Below the pieces are notes generated by a model, which was not told the DNA's origin, did not search any database, and saw only the letters and a program-made list of their open reading frames with translations. Of a DNA stretch of 64,000 nt, positions 32,641 to 42,795 are shown one piece after another (the first letter of the stretch is position 1; each line of letters starts with the position of its first letter). The stretch is from Gemmatimonadota bacterium (GTDB lineage Bacteria > Gemmatimonadota > Gemmatimonadetes > Gemmatimonadales > GWC2-71-9), in contig JBDHJM010000006.1 of NCBI GenBank assembly GCA_039586895.1, positions 13,079-77,078 of the forward strand. Direction: 5' to 3'. Made by a program: the position numbers and the translations under genes.

Positions 32641-32647
32641 GAGACCC

Positions 32648-33241
32648 GTGGACGACGATCTGAGGCAGCGACTTTTGGCGCTGCAGCACGCGGACGAGGA
32701 GACGCGCGCCAGGCTCCTGGAGAACCGGAGCCTGTTCGACGGGTACGCCGCCGAGATGGAGCAGGTGCACACCCGCAATGCCCGGCAGCTGATGGCGATC
32801 GTGGACGAGGCCGGATGGCCCGGCGTGAGCCTCGCCGGCGAGGATGGCGCGGCGGCGGCGTGGCTCGTGGCTCAGCACGCCATCGGCCTGCCCGACGTGC
32901 AGCGCCGCTGTCTCGATCTCATCCGGGAGGCGGTTGCGGAGGGAGAAGCTCCCGTGTGGCAGGAGGCGTATCTCACCGACCGCATCCGATTCAACGAGCG
33001 CCGGCCGCAGCTCTTCGGCACCCTGCTCGACTGGGACGAGCACGGAGCATTGAACCCGTGGCCCATAGAGGAGCCCGAGTCGGTGAGCGAGCGTCGCGAA
33101 GCGGCGGGTCTGCCCAGGCTCGAGGACGCGGTAGAGTTCGCCCGGGCCCAGGCCGCAGCGGACGGCGCGGCGGCGCCGGAGGACTACGCGGCGCGCCAGC
33201 ATGAGATCGAAGAGTGGGCGCGACGGGCGGGATGGCTGTGA
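32648..33241 (+). CDS. DUF6624-like protein
   Basis: GWPGVSLAGEDG..AAWLVAQH, AYLTDRI, PQLFGT, RREAAGL. Confidence 0.8.
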   Translation: MDDDLRQRLLALQHADEETRARLLENRSLFDGYAAEMEQVHTRNARQLMAIVDEAGWPGVSLAGEDGAAAAWLVAQHAIGLPDVQRRCLDLIREAVAEGEAPVWQEAYLTDRIRFNERRPQLFGTLLDWDEHGALNPWPIEEPESVSERREAAGLPRLEDAVEFARAQAAADGAAAPEDYAARQHEIEEWARRAGWL

Positions 33242-34146
33242 AGCCGTTCGATTCGCTCACGGACACGCTTCATCGGCTTGCCACGGGAAGCGCGGAGCTG
33301 AAGCGGCGGCTCACGCCGGTCGTGGGAAGCCTTTTCTTCGTCCTCATATTCGGGTTCCTCGCGGGTGGGGTCGCACTCGACCAATTGCTGTCACTTCCCT
33401 CGCTCCCCGCTCGTCCGTTCAGCCTGGGGCTCGGCCTGGCACTGAGCGCCCTGGGTGTTGGGCTCTCCGCATGGTCCGTGAGGGCCTTTCGCGCCATGCG
33501 CGGCACGCCGGTGCCCGTGAACCCTCCGCCTAGCCTCGTCGTTTCGGGGCCGTACGCCTTTGCGCGCAATCCGATGATCACCGGTCTGTTGGTCGCGATG
33601 TTCGGGATCGGACTGCTGCTGGGTTCTCCCGGGATCGTCTTCGTCACGACCCCGGTGTTCACGCTGCTGCACGCAACCTGGATCAAGCAGGTCGAGGAAC
33701 CGGAGCTCGAGCGCCGCTTGGGCGAGCCGTACATCGATTACAGGCGGCGCACTCCCATGCTATTCCCCCACGATGCAGCGCTCCGCTGGCTCTTCGTGCT
33801 CCCAATGGCCTCGATCACGGTGCCGCTGGTAGACGAAGTGGTTGCCGGCCTGATGAACCGATGGGGTGTGGCCGTGCTCAGCCCACTGTGGGTTGTGGGG
33901 AAGACGATCGGGAACTTCGCGACTGGTGCGCTAGGCGTGATGCTCGGTGTTTTCATGGCACCCGGTCACAAGAGGAGCACCGCAGTAGTGCTGCTCGTGA
34001 TTGCGCTGGGAGCGGCTGCCTGGTGGCTGTTGAACAGTGGACTGCCGCTCCACGTGGCAGCGCCGCTCAATGCTGCGCTGATGGGTGGGGCCGGCGGCGC
34101 GGCAGCGGTCGTGTGGCGCCGCTACGCCGGCCACCGCAACCCGTAG
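33232..34146 (+). CDS. Isoprenylcysteine carboxyl methyltransferase family protein with extra C-terminal TM region
   Basis: GTPVPVNPP, GPYAFARNPM, EEPELERRLGEPY..Y...TP; ~120 extra hydrophobic residues. Confidence 0.8.
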   Translation: MAVKPFDSLTDTLHRLATGSAELKRRLTPVVGSLFFVLIFGFLAGGVALDQLLSLPSLPARPFSLGLGLALSALGVGLSAWSVRAFRAMRGTPVPVNPPPSLVVSGPYAFARNPMITGLLVAMFGIGLLLGSPGIVFVTTPVFTLLHATWIKQVEEPELERRLGEPYIDYRRRTPMLFPHDAALRWLFVLPMASITVPLVDEVVAGLMNRWGVAVLSPLWVVGKTIGNFATGALGVMLGVFMAPGHKRSTAVVLLVIALGAAAWWLLNSGLPLHVAAPLNAALMGGAGGAAAVVWRRYAGHRNP

Positions 34147-34268
34147 GGCGCGTCAGCCGCAGGCACCCTGCGGCTGTCTAACCCTCGTGACACAGGCATT
34201 GACGAGGCCCCGCCCGGGGTCATTTTTTCTAGGGTTCGAAGCCCTAGAACCCCAACTGCGGAACCAGC

Positions 34269-34544
34269 ATGGCCATCAGGTACGAGATCGATGCTCCCCG
34301 CGGCATAGTGCTCACCACCGCTGACGGAATCCTCACCGACGACGAGCTGCTGGACCACAAGCGGCGCCTGGTCGAGGATCCCCGATTCACACCGGGCATG
34401 AAGGAGCTGTCAGACGTGCGCGGTGTTGACCAACTGGAGGTCACTCCCGAAGGAATCGGCCGCATGGTCGCGCTCGATGAGCTGCACGCAACGCGGCGGA
34501 GGAGTGGCTCGGCATCAATGGGAAGGAATAGAGGCAGCAGCTGA
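34269..34544 (+). CDS. Hypothetical protein (STAS/SpoIIAA-like), probably truncated
   Basis: MAIRYEID...DPRFTPGMKELSDVR, then loses protein-like character. Confidence 0.45.
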   Translation: MAIRYEIDAPRGIVLTTADGILTDDELLDHKRRLVEDPRFTPGMKELSDVRGVDQLEVTPEGIGRMVALDELHATRRRSGSASMGRNRGSS

Positions 34545-35344
34545 CGCCCTCGAGATCCACCCTCGACAGCAACGACTACGACCCGGTCGCCGACATCTAC
34601 GACGCGTACGTCCGGGCCGAGTTCGACCTCGACTTCTTCGCCGCCGAGGCGGAGCACGCCGAAGGGCCGGTGCTCGAACTCATGGCCGGTACCGGCCGGG
34701 TGTCGGAGCGTCTCGCCGGTGCCGGCTGGGACTTCACGTGCGTCGATCTCTCGCGCGAGATGCTGCAGGTCCTGTGGCGCAAGGCTCCCGGCTGGGAAGG
34801 AAGTGCGCGTGCGATCTGCGCCGACGTGTGCGACCTGCCGCTGCCCACCCGCTTCGCCTTGGTAGTGATCCCGTTTCACTCGTTCGCCGAGCTGACCGAC
34901 GGTGCCGATCAGCGCCGCGCACTGGCGGAGATTCACCGTGTGCTCCTGCCCGGGGGCCGGTGCATCTGCACGCTTCACAATCCGCGGGTCAGGACCCGCT
35001 CGCTCACGGGTATTCGTGAGCTGCGGGGCACGTTCGATTTGCCGTCCGGGGGAGCCGTACTGGAGCTGTACGTGGAAGCATCCCTCGACGCTGTCACCCG
35101 CATTGCGGAATCGGTGCAGACCTACCGTATTCTGGATTCCGGCGGGGAGATGGCATCGGAACGCGTGCAGAAGGTCCGGTTCGCACTCATCGAGCGCCCG
35201 GAGTTCGAGGGCATGGCACGCGCTGCCGGCTTCAGGGTAGACCAGCTCTACGGCGACTACGCGCGGGCCGAGTTCCTACCGGACGAGAGCCCGCACATGA
35301 TCTGGATACTGGAGAAACCGGCCGGCGGAGGCGTGTGGCGATGA
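34541..35344 (+). CDS. Class I SAM-dependent methyltransferase
   Basis: YDPVADIYD, GPVLELMAGTGRV, VDLSREML; conserved N-terminus lies upstream of the first canonical start, CTG 34541 proposed. Confidence 0.85.
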   Translation: MTPSRSTLDSNDYDPVADIYDAYVRAEFDLDFFAAEAEHAEGPVLELMAGTGRVSERLAGAGWDFTCVDLSREMLQVLWRKAPGWEGSARAICADVCDLPLPTRFALVVIPFHSFAELTDGADQRRALAEIHRVLLPGGRCICTLHNPRVRTRSLTGIRELRGTFDLPSGGAVLELYVEASLDAVTRIAESVQTYRILDSGGEMASERVQKVRFALIERPEFEGMARAAGFRVDQLYGDYARAEFLPDESPHMIWILEKPAGGGVWR

Positions 35345-35372
35345 TCCCGTCAGCCGCGGGAGACGGCACCCC

Positions 35373-36125
35373 GTGACACAATCCAAGAAGATGTGGCACG
35401 AGAACGACGAGTTTTGGTCGGCGTCATTTCCGTTCATGTTCCCGGCGAGCCGGCTCGCGGCGGCGACCGGAGAGGTCGGCAAGATCATCGAGCTGACCGG
35501 CTGCAAGGCCGGATCCGTCCTGGATCTGAGCTGCGGGCCAGGCCGTCACGCCGTTGCTTTCGCCAAACGGGGATTCGCCGTCACCGGTGTGGACAACACG
35601 CCGTTCCTGCTCGACAAAGCCCGATCCTACGGCGCGGAACAGGACGCGGAGATCGAATGGCAGCTCGAGGACATGCGCCGGTTCCGCCGGCCGGGGGCCT
35701 TCGACATCGCACTCAGCATGTTCACCTCGTTCGGCTTCTTCGACGAGCTCGCGGACAACCTTGCCGTGCTCGACAACGTATTCGTGAGCCTCGCACCGAA
35801 TGGAGCCTTCGTGCTGGACGTGCTGGGCAAGGAGGTGATCGCGCGTACGTTTCGGGCCACCGACGCAGAGCAGTTCGACGGCGGCATGATCGTGCAGCGC
35901 CGCAAGATCGCCGCAGGCTGGGACCGGATCGAGGTGGACTGGCACATCATCGAGTCCGGACACGCCCGCAAGTTCGATCTGCAGCTGTGGATCTACTCGG
36001 GGCAGGAGCTGAAGGAGATGCTGCGCGCGGCGGGCTTCAGTGAGGTATCCCTCTACGGCAGCCTGGACGGCGTGCCGTACGACGAGGACGCAAAGCGTCT
36101 CATAGCGGTCGCCTACAAGCGGTAG
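35373..36125 (+). CDS. Class I SAM-dependent methyltransferase
   Basis: VLDLSCGPGRH, TGVD, EDMR, FTSFGFF. Confidence 0.92.
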   Translation: MTQSKKMWHENDEFWSASFPFMFPASRLAAATGEVGKIIELTGCKAGSVLDLSCGPGRHAVAFAKRGFAVTGVDNTPFLLDKARSYGAEQDAEIEWQLEDMRRFRRPGAFDIALSMFTSFGFFDELADNLAVLDNVFVSLAPNGAFVLDVLGKEVIARTFRATDAEQFDGGMIVQRRKIAAGWDRIEVDWHIIESGHARKFDLQLWIYSGQELKEMLRAAGFSEVSLYGSLDGVPYDEDAKRLIAVAYKR

Positions 36126-36200
36126 GCCCGTCGTGAAGACCGGCGTCGCCAGGTAGTCTGTACGCAACTCAATCCACAGAAATGCCCACCAGGAGCAGAC

Positions 36201-37043
36201 ATGGATCTCTCTAATCTGGACTTCAGTGCCTTTCTGAACCTCGCGGCCACTCTCGTGACCACCTGGGGTGTCAAGGTCGTGGCGGCCATCGCCCTGTTCG
36301 TGGTGGGGCAGTGGGTAGCACGATGGATGAGGAAGTGGATTCGGAACGGACTGGAACGCGGCAAGATGGATCCAACGCTGGTGCCGTTCCTTTCGTCGAT
36401 GGTCTACTACCTCGCAGTGGCCTTCGTCGTCGTCGCCGTGCTCGGGACCCTGGGCATACCGACTGCCTCCTTGGTGGCCCTTCTTGGCGCCGCGGGACTC
36501 GCGCTCGCGCTGGCACTCCAGGGTACGCTCTCGAACTTTGCGGCCGGCGTGATGCTGTTGATATTCCGGCCGTTTCAGGTGGGCGACTACGTCGAAGTCG
36601 GCGGCACCGCTGGATCGGTGGTGGCAATAGGAATCTTCTCTACGCGGCTGAACACACCCGACAACGTCGGAATTACGGTCCCCAATTCGAGCGTGTGGGG
36701 CAGCACGATCAGGAACTTCGCGGCGAACCCGACGCGGCGCGTCGACCTGGTAGTGGGCATCTCCTACGGCGACGACATCGGACGGGCGATCGAGACTGTA
36801 AGCGGTTTGCTGCAGGCCGAAACGCGGGTGCTGGACGACCCGGCTCCATTCGTGGCAGTGAGTGAGCTCGCCGACTCGTCGGTGAACCTGGTGGTGCGAC
36901 CCTGGTGCAAGCGGGAGGACTTCTGGTCGCTGCGCTGCGACCTGACGAGGGCGCTCAAGGAACAGCTGGAGGCAGCCGGTTTCTCGATCCCGTTCCCCCA
37001 GCGCGACATGCACGTGCACCAGGTCGGGCAGAGCGCGGCATAG
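36201..37043 (+). CDS. mscS: Small-conductance mechanosensitive channel
   Basis: GAAGLALALALQGTLSNFAAG, RPFQVGD, VPNS, IPFPQRD. Confidence 0.93.
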   Translation: MDLSNLDFSAFLNLAATLVTTWGVKVVAAIALFVVGQWVARWMRKWIRNGLERGKMDPTLVPFLSSMVYYLAVAFVVVAVLGTLGIPTASLVALLGAAGLALALALQGTLSNFAAGVMLLIFRPFQVGDYVEVGGTAGSVVAIGIFSTRLNTPDNVGITVPNSSVWGSTIRNFAANPTRRVDLVVGISYGDDIGRAIETVSGLLQAETRVLDDPAPFVAVSELADSSVNLVVRPWCKREDFWSLRCDLTRALKEQLEAAGFSIPFPQRDMHVHQVGQSAA

Positions 37044-37175
37044 GTGAGCAGGTTAATAACGAAAGTGCCGGTCCCAGCGCGGACAGAGCACCTCGAAGAC
37101 CGCTTCTCACCGCAGAGGCCCTGGCAGACGCCGGGGCCTCTCTCCATTCTACGGGAACCCCAACGGAGCCGTCCC

Positions 37176-37640
37176 ATGTGGAGAACCGCCGGCAGCGTGG
37201 TAGTGGGTTACATAGCAATGGCGCTGTTCATCTTTCTCAGCTTCTCGCTCGTTTACGTGGCGATGGGAGCCGACAGGGCCTATCAGCCGGGAACTTACGA
37301 AGTGTCGGGCCTGTGGATGGCGGTGAGCCTGGTGCTCGGCCTGCTCGGAGCGGTCCTGGGTGGATGGATCTGTCTCCTCATAGCCAAGTCACTGCGCGGC
37401 CCCCAGATTCTCGCCGCCGTAGTGTTCGTGCTGGGCCTCGTGACGGCGTTCATGTATTTGGGCGGGCCCGACGCCGACGCACCCACGGTGCGTGACACGG
37501 CAGTAGGGATTTTCGACGCGATGCAGTACTCCCGCACGCCCAACTGGATCAACTTCGCCAACATCGTAGTCGGAGTCGTGGGTGTGCTGCTCGGAGCCAA
37601 GCTGGGGAGCGCCAAAGCAGCGGCGCAGCCCGAGATCTGA
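37176..37640 (+). CDS. Hypothetical membrane protein
   Basis: Four hydrophobic segments; GGAG before ATG 37176. Confidence 0.7.
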   Translation: MWRTAGSVVVGYIAMALFIFLSFSLVYVAMGADRAYQPGTYEVSGLWMAVSLVLGLLGAVLGGWICLLIAKSLRGPQILAAVVFVLGLVTAFMYLGGPDADAPTVRDTAVGIFDAMQYSRTPNWINFANIVVGVVGVLLGAKLGSAKAAAQPEI

Positions 37641-37662
37641 GACGGATACAGGAGACGAGGTG

Positions 37663-39135
37663 ATGGGAAACAAGGTGATGAACGAGAGAATACGGCGGGC
37701 AGCGGCGGCGCTCGGATCTCTGACTCTGCTCCTCGCGCTGCCTGCGCCGCTGGCTGCGCAGGGGACCCCGGCGATCGCCGGCAATCCCAACCTCGAGCGC
37801 TACGGCGCGGCGATCGAGCAGGCACGCATGCTGATGCGCGAGGTCAAGAGCCGCAGCGGGGCGCCCGGTTGGTCCGTCGCGGTCGGACACGGTGGGGAAG
37901 TCGTGTGGGCCGAGGGCTACGGCTTCGCAGACCTCGAGCTGGGCGTTCCGGTCTCGACCCTCACACGGTTCCGCATCGGGAGCGTGTCCAAGCCGCTGAC
38001 CGCCGCGGCCGTCGGGCAGCTGATCGAGCAGGGCAGGCTCGACCTGGACGCCCCGGTGCAGCGCTACGTGCCGTCGTTCCCCGAGAAGCGCTGGCCGGTC
38101 ACCACCCGGACTGCCGCGGGACACCTGGCCGGGATCCGGCACTACGACGGCGACGAGTTCATGAGCGCAGAGCGATTCGAGACAGTGCAGGCAGGACTCG
38201 AGATCTTCCAGGACGACACGCTGCTGTTCCAGCCCGGCACCCGGTTCTCCTACTCGAGCTACGCGTGGAATCTCGTCAGCGCGGTCGTGGAGGGGGCTTC
38301 GGGCGAGAAATTCCTCAGCTACATGCAGGATCACGTGTTCGGACCGCTGGAAATGGAGAACACGGTGGCCGACCACACCGACAGCATCGTCCCCAACCGC
38401 TCGCGCTTCTACATGACGACGCCCGACGGAGTTCTCAACGCACCGTTCGTGGACAACAGCTACAAGTGGGCGGGCGGGGGATTTCTCTCCACTCCGTCCG
38501 ACCTGGTGCAGTTCGGGATGGCGCACTTCGGTGAAGAGCTGATGCGGCGCGGCACCATAGACGAGCTGTGGACGTCGCAGCGCACGAACGAGGGCGAAGA
38601 GACCGAGAACGGCATCGGTTGGTTCTTCGATGTGGATCCCAACGGAGCCCGGGTCGTGCAGCACGGCGGTGGCTCGATCGGCGGCACAACCATGCTGATG
38701 CTGATGCCGGAACGAGACATCGTGGTTGCAATGGTGGCGAACGCCCGCGCCGCGACGAGCGCCGGGCTCGCATGGACGCTCGCGCAGTTCTTCCTCACCG
38801 AGCCAGGCGTCGCCCCCACGGCGCAGCCGAGCGTCGCAGGCACCTTCGATTGCTCGATCAGCCGCGGCGGAGAGCAGGTGGCCGCCGGCGAGCTGATGCT
38901 CGAGGGCGGGCCCGGGGACTACTGGGGACGCATTGCGTTTGAGGAGGAAGAGGGACAGGACGTTCGTGAGATCGTGATGGTCGCGGGCGGCCCGGACGAG
39001 CTCCATCTGATTCTGGTCGGTGGGGGCGGTAACGTGCTCAACCTGTGGCTCTCGCCGGATGGGGAGGGCGTCGGGGGCCGCTGGATGGGCAGCAGCAACA
39101 CCGGCGAGCTGGCCTGCACACCTGCAGCGGAGTGA
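37663..39135 (+). CDS. Serine hydrolase, beta-lactamase/D-peptidase family
   Basis: Signal peptide; FRIGSVSK (SxxK), YSS, HGG. Confidence 0.9.
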   Translation: MGNKVMNERIRRAAAALGSLTLLLALPAPLAAQGTPAIAGNPNLERYGAAIEQARMLMREVKSRSGAPGWSVAVGHGGEVVWAEGYGFADLELGVPVSTLTRFRIGSVSKPLTAAAVGQLIEQGRLDLDAPVQRYVPSFPEKRWPVTTRTAAGHLAGIRHYDGDEFMSAERFETVQAGLEIFQDDTLLFQPGTRFSYSSYAWNLVSAVVEGASGEKFLSYMQDHVFGPLEMENTVADHTDSIVPNRSRFYMTTPDGVLNAPFVDNSYKWAGGGFLSTPSDLVQFGMAHFGEELMRRGTIDELWTSQRTNEGEETENGIGWFFDVDPNGARVVQHGGGSIGGTTMLMLMPERDIVVAMVANARAATSAGLAWTLAQFFLTEPGVAPTAQPSVAGTFDCSISRGGEQVAAGELMLEGGPGDYWGRIAFEEEEGQDVREIVMVAGGPDELHLILVGGGGNVLNLWLSPDGEGVGGRWMGSSNTGELACTPAAE

Positions 39136-39143
39136 GCCCATCC

Positions 39144-41042
39144 ATGACTCTTAGGATCTCAGCCGTCGCTCTTGGCGCTGCTCTCGCAGCCGGCTCACCT
39201 GCGCTCGCCCAGCAGGCAGACATCTACGTCCCGAGAAACATCCAGCAGGCCTATGACAACGGAACCCGGTCCCTGGACGGTGCTCCGGGGCTCTCCTACT
39301 GGCAGAACGGAGCCGACTACGTCATCAGGGTCGACTTCGATCCGCACAGCGGACTGCTGAGGGGGAGCGAGACGATCACCTACAGGAACAACAGCCCCGA
39401 CACTCTCCGGGCGCTGGTCCTCGACCTCCATGCCAATTACTACCGGGTGGGGACGGCGCGTGACTGGCCGCATGCTGCGCAGGACCTGGGTGAGGGCGTC
39501 ACCATCGACGCCCTGGCCATGGACGGCGTGAGTATCGACGTGTCGGGGGCGGGCCCCGAGTTCCACTACATGCACAACGGCATGTTCTCCGTGATTCGCG
39601 CCGCGCTCGCTCCGGGTGCCGCAGCCGAACTCGAGGTCTCGTGGCACTACGTCGTCAATCCCGGCTCGCATATGCGGACCGGCCGCGTGGACAGCACGAC
39701 GTACTTCGTCGCGTACTTCTTCCCCCGCTTGGCCGTCTACGACGACGTGGACGGCTGGGACACAATGCCGTACTCGGGGAATCTCGAGTTCTACAACGAC
39801 TTCGGCGACTTCGACCTGACGGTTACGGTGCCGCAGGGCACCGTGGTCTGGGCCACGGGACTGCTCCAGAATGCCGACGAGGTCTTGGCGGAGCCCTTTG
39901 CCGGCCGGTATCGCAGTGCGGCCACGACCGACACGATCGTGCATGTCGTAACGGCCGCCGATGTTGCCGGCGGCGGCATAACTGCGGCAGCCGACGCCAA
40001 CCCATGGCGCTTCACGGCCGAGTACGTCTCCGACGTCGCCTTCGCGGTGAGCGACCACTACCTGTGGGATGCGGCGAGCCTGGTGGTGGACTCCAGCACG
40101 GGCAGGCGGGTCCTCGTCGAGGCCGCGTTCGCCGACAGCTCCGCCGACTTCCACGAGGTCGCTGCAATCGCCCGTGCCGCGATCGAGATGATGTCGTTCG
40201 AGATCCCTGCCGTGCCGTTTCCGTTCCCCAACATGACGGTGTTCAACGGGTTGGGTGAGATGGAATACCCCATGATGGTGAACGACCACTCCTTCCGCGA
40301 CAACCGGCACGAGACGGTCTGGCTCACATCGCACGAGGTCTTCCATTCGTACTTCCCGTTCTACATGGGGATCAACGAGACCAAGTACGCCTGGATGGAC
40401 GAGGGCTGGGCCGTCTTCGGCGACTTCAACATCACCAACCGGCTCCACACCGACGATCCGACCAACATCTTCGGGATGGACATGTATCAGGAAGTGGTCG
40501 GCGACGAAGTCGACATTCCCATGTTCGCCGCCTCGTTCTACTCGAAGCGGCCGGCCTACTTCTATGCCTCGTACCCCAAGCCCGCGTTCTTCTACCTGAT
40601 GCTCCGCGATCTGCTCGGCACCGACCTCTTCATGGAGGCACTGCACGAGTACATGCGCCGCTGGAACGGCAGGCATCCCACGCCCTACGATTTCTTCTTC
40701 ACGTTCAACCATGTGACGGGGCAGGACCTGAGCTGGCTCTACCGGCCATGGTTCTTCGAATTCGGCTACGCCGACGTTGCGATCCGGGACGTGTCACGAG
40801 ACGGCGCCGGCTACGAGATCACGGTCGAACGTGTGGGCGCCAACCCCGTGCCGGTACACCTGCAGGTCACGTATGAGGACGGTACGGTACAGAGGGTGCA
40901 CGAGACCGCTGCGGTCTGGCAGGACGGAAGGCGAGAGCACGTGGTGACCGTTGGGACGGAGAGAATCGTCAGCAGCATAGCACTCGGTGCTCCGCACATA
41001 CCGGACGCGGACAAGAGCGACAACATCTGGTCCGCACCGTGA
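39144..41042 (+). CDS. M1 family metalloaminopeptidase, secreted
   Basis: YWQN, MEYPM, HEVFH...WMDEG. Confidence 0.92.
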   Translation: MTLRISAVALGAALAAGSPALAQQADIYVPRNIQQAYDNGTRSLDGAPGLSYWQNGADYVIRVDFDPHSGLLRGSETITYRNNSPDTLRALVLDLHANYYRVGTARDWPHAAQDLGEGVTIDALAMDGVSIDVSGAGPEFHYMHNGMFSVIRAALAPGAAAELEVSWHYVVNPGSHMRTGRVDSTTYFVAYFFPRLAVYDDVDGWDTMPYSGNLEFYNDFGDFDLTVTVPQGTVVWATGLLQNADEVLAEPFAGRYRSAATTDTIVHVVTAADVAGGGITAAADANPWRFTAEYVSDVAFAVSDHYLWDAASLVVDSSTGRRVLVEAAFADSSADFHEVAAIARAAIEMMSFEIPAVPFPFPNMTVFNGLGEMEYPMMVNDHSFRDNRHETVWLTSHEVFHSYFPFYMGINETKYAWMDEGWAVFGDFNITNRLHTDDPTNIFGMDMYQEVVGDEVDIPMFAASFYSKRPAYFYASYPKPAFFYLMLRDLLGTDLFMEALHEYMRRWNGRHPTPYDFFFTFNHVTGQDLSWLYRPWFFEFGYADVAIRDVSRDGAGYEITVERVGANPVPVHLQVTYEDGTVQRVHETAAVWQDGRREHVVTVGTERIVSSIALGAPHIPDADKSDNIWSAP

Positions 41043-41929
41043 GCGGCAGGTGGGGCGCGCTCCGCCCCGTCGACCTGCTGCTGATCGGGTTCAACGCAGC
41101 CTTCGGAGTCCTCTGGCTCACGGCGCTGGGGCGCAATCCGGCGGCGTTCTGGATGGTGCTGGCGCACGGCGGTGCCGTGGCACTCTCCCTGATGACCGCC
41201 CGGCCCGGAGCATCCAGATCCCGCTTCGGCGAGGTGGTGCGGGACATCTACCCCATCGTGCTCATCTCACTCTACTGGCTGGAAATGGGGCTCATCCGCC
41301 ACGGCTTCCACTCGCGCACTTTCGACGCACCCGTCGCGGCGGCCGATCTGTGGCTGTTCGGCCGCCACCTCCAGGAAATCTGGCTCCCGGCAATGCCCCA
41401 GGTGTGGTTCAGCGAGGTGATGTTCGCGGCTTATTGGGTCTATTACCCGATGGTGTTCCTGACGCCGCTCGTACTCGCGCTCCGCAAGCGGCCCGAGGCC
41501 GAGTACGTCATCTACGCGATTACGCTCGCCTACGTCGCGTGCTACGTCTGGTACGCGCTCCTGCCCGTCGACGGCCCGAGCCACACGATGGAGCGGTTCG
41601 TCGGCCCGCACACCGAAGGCTTCTTCTACCAGCTAGTGATGTCCGGAACCCACGCGGCCGACTCGATGGGCACCGCATTTCCCAGCTCGCACGTGGTGGG
41701 AGCCGTGGCAGTGGCCGCGCTCGCGGTGCGGTTTTTCTCGAGGACCTGGGCCGTGCTGTTCGTGCTTGGCGCACTTGGGGTAGTCCTCTCGACCGTGTAC
41801 ACGCAGGGCCACTTCGCGATCGATTCGCTGGCCGGCGTGGTGTTCGCGCTGGTGGTGACCCTGCTCATCGCGCCCCCGCTGGAGCGGGCTCTTGCCAGTC
41901 TGGCCGAGCGGCTTACCATTGTGGCATGA
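41039..41929 (+). CDS. PAP2 family membrane phosphatase/phosphotransferase
   Basis: PVDGP, AFPSSH, HFAIDSLAG; multi-TM. Confidence 0.88.
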   Translation: MSGRWGALRPVDLLLIGFNAAFGVLWLTALGRNPAAFWMVLAHGGAVALSLMTARPGASRSRFGEVVRDIYPIVLISLYWLEMGLIRHGFHSRTFDAPVAAADLWLFGRHLQEIWLPAMPQVWFSEVMFAAYWVYYPMVFLTPLVLALRKRPEAEYVIYAITLAYVACYVWYALLPVDGPSHTMERFVGPHTEGFFYQLVMSGTHAADSMGTAFPSSHVVGAVAVAALAVRFFSRTWAVLFVLGALGVVLSTVYTQGHFAIDSLAGVVFALVVTLLIAPPLERALASLAERLTIVA

Positions 41930-42363
41930 CCAACCGACGATTCTGGACAGCGGCTGCGGCAGTGCTCGGTGCCCTGCTGGTTGGTACTGCCTGCTTCGAG
42001 GCCAGTCTCTCGAGCGGCGGTGGCACCCCGGGGGCCGGCGGTATCACCACCCAGTACAGGGTCGTGTACTCGGCGAGCGCGGGCGGTGACGGGGAGTTCG
42101 ACGAGCTGCGCTATCTGAATGCCGAGGGGGTGCAGGTCATCGTGTTCAACCCGACCCTGCCGTTCACCGTCGAACTCCCAATGCAAGGCGGGGACCAGGT
42201 GGCCATGGTCGGTACTGCCCGGGTAACGACCGGTTCCGCCCGGATCCGGGTCACCGCCACCCGCACGACGACCGATTCCACCACGGTCGACGTGGGCGAC
42301 GACTGCCAGTCTTCCGGGACTTTCCTGTTGTGCGAGCTCTCGATACCGGCGCAGAGTCTGTAG
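41926..42363 (+). CDS. Hypothetical lipoprotein
   Basis: MTNRRFW...LVGTAC lipobox; beta-rich. Confidence 0.65.
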   Translation: MTNRRFWTAAAAVLGALLVGTACFEASLSSGGGTPGAGGITTQYRVVYSASAGGDGEFDELRYLNAEGVQVIVFNPTLPFTVELPMQGGDQVAMVGTARVTTGSARIRVTATRTTTDSTTVDVGDDCQSSGTFLLCELSIPAQSL

Positions 42364-42372
42364 CGGGCCTTC

Positions 42373-42795
42373 CTACTTGAAGTAGTCCACCGCCGTTGCC
42401 GCGAAGCTGGCGGGGTACGCGATGAGCACGGCCCGCCTCAGCGCCAATCCCAAGCCATCCGCAGGCCCCTTGTCTATCAAGACCAGCATCATAAGCGAGA
42501 TCGCGAGCGTCATGACGTATGCCGCGGCTACTCGTAGCGTGAAGTCACGCCAGTGGCCGGCGATGCCGTCACGGTAGACCAGAACGCGCACGAACCCAGC
42601 GAGCGTGGTGAGCGACACGAGGACGATGAGCAGGATGCGTCCGGGCGGCAGCGAAGCACCAAGATTCCAGACTTCCTCGGTGTAGGCGATCGGGATCGCC
42701 AGCACACATGCTCCCACCGCCAGTTGGACGAGGTCCTCCGGCTTGAACTGCCTGCGGCGAAGCGATTTGGCTTCGAGGTCGGTGGTCACGGTCAC
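42373..42795 (-). CDS. DUF2391 family membrane protein
   Basis: DLVQLAVGA, PIAYTEEVW, PASFAATAVD. Confidence 0.8.
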   Translation of the reverse strand: MTVTTDLEAKSLRRRQFKPEDLVQLAVGACVLAIPIAYTEEVWNLGASLPPGRILLIVLVSLTTLAGFVRVLVYRDGIAGHWRDFTLRVAAAYVMTLAISLMMLVLIDKGPADGLGLALRRAVLIAYPASFAATAVDYFK

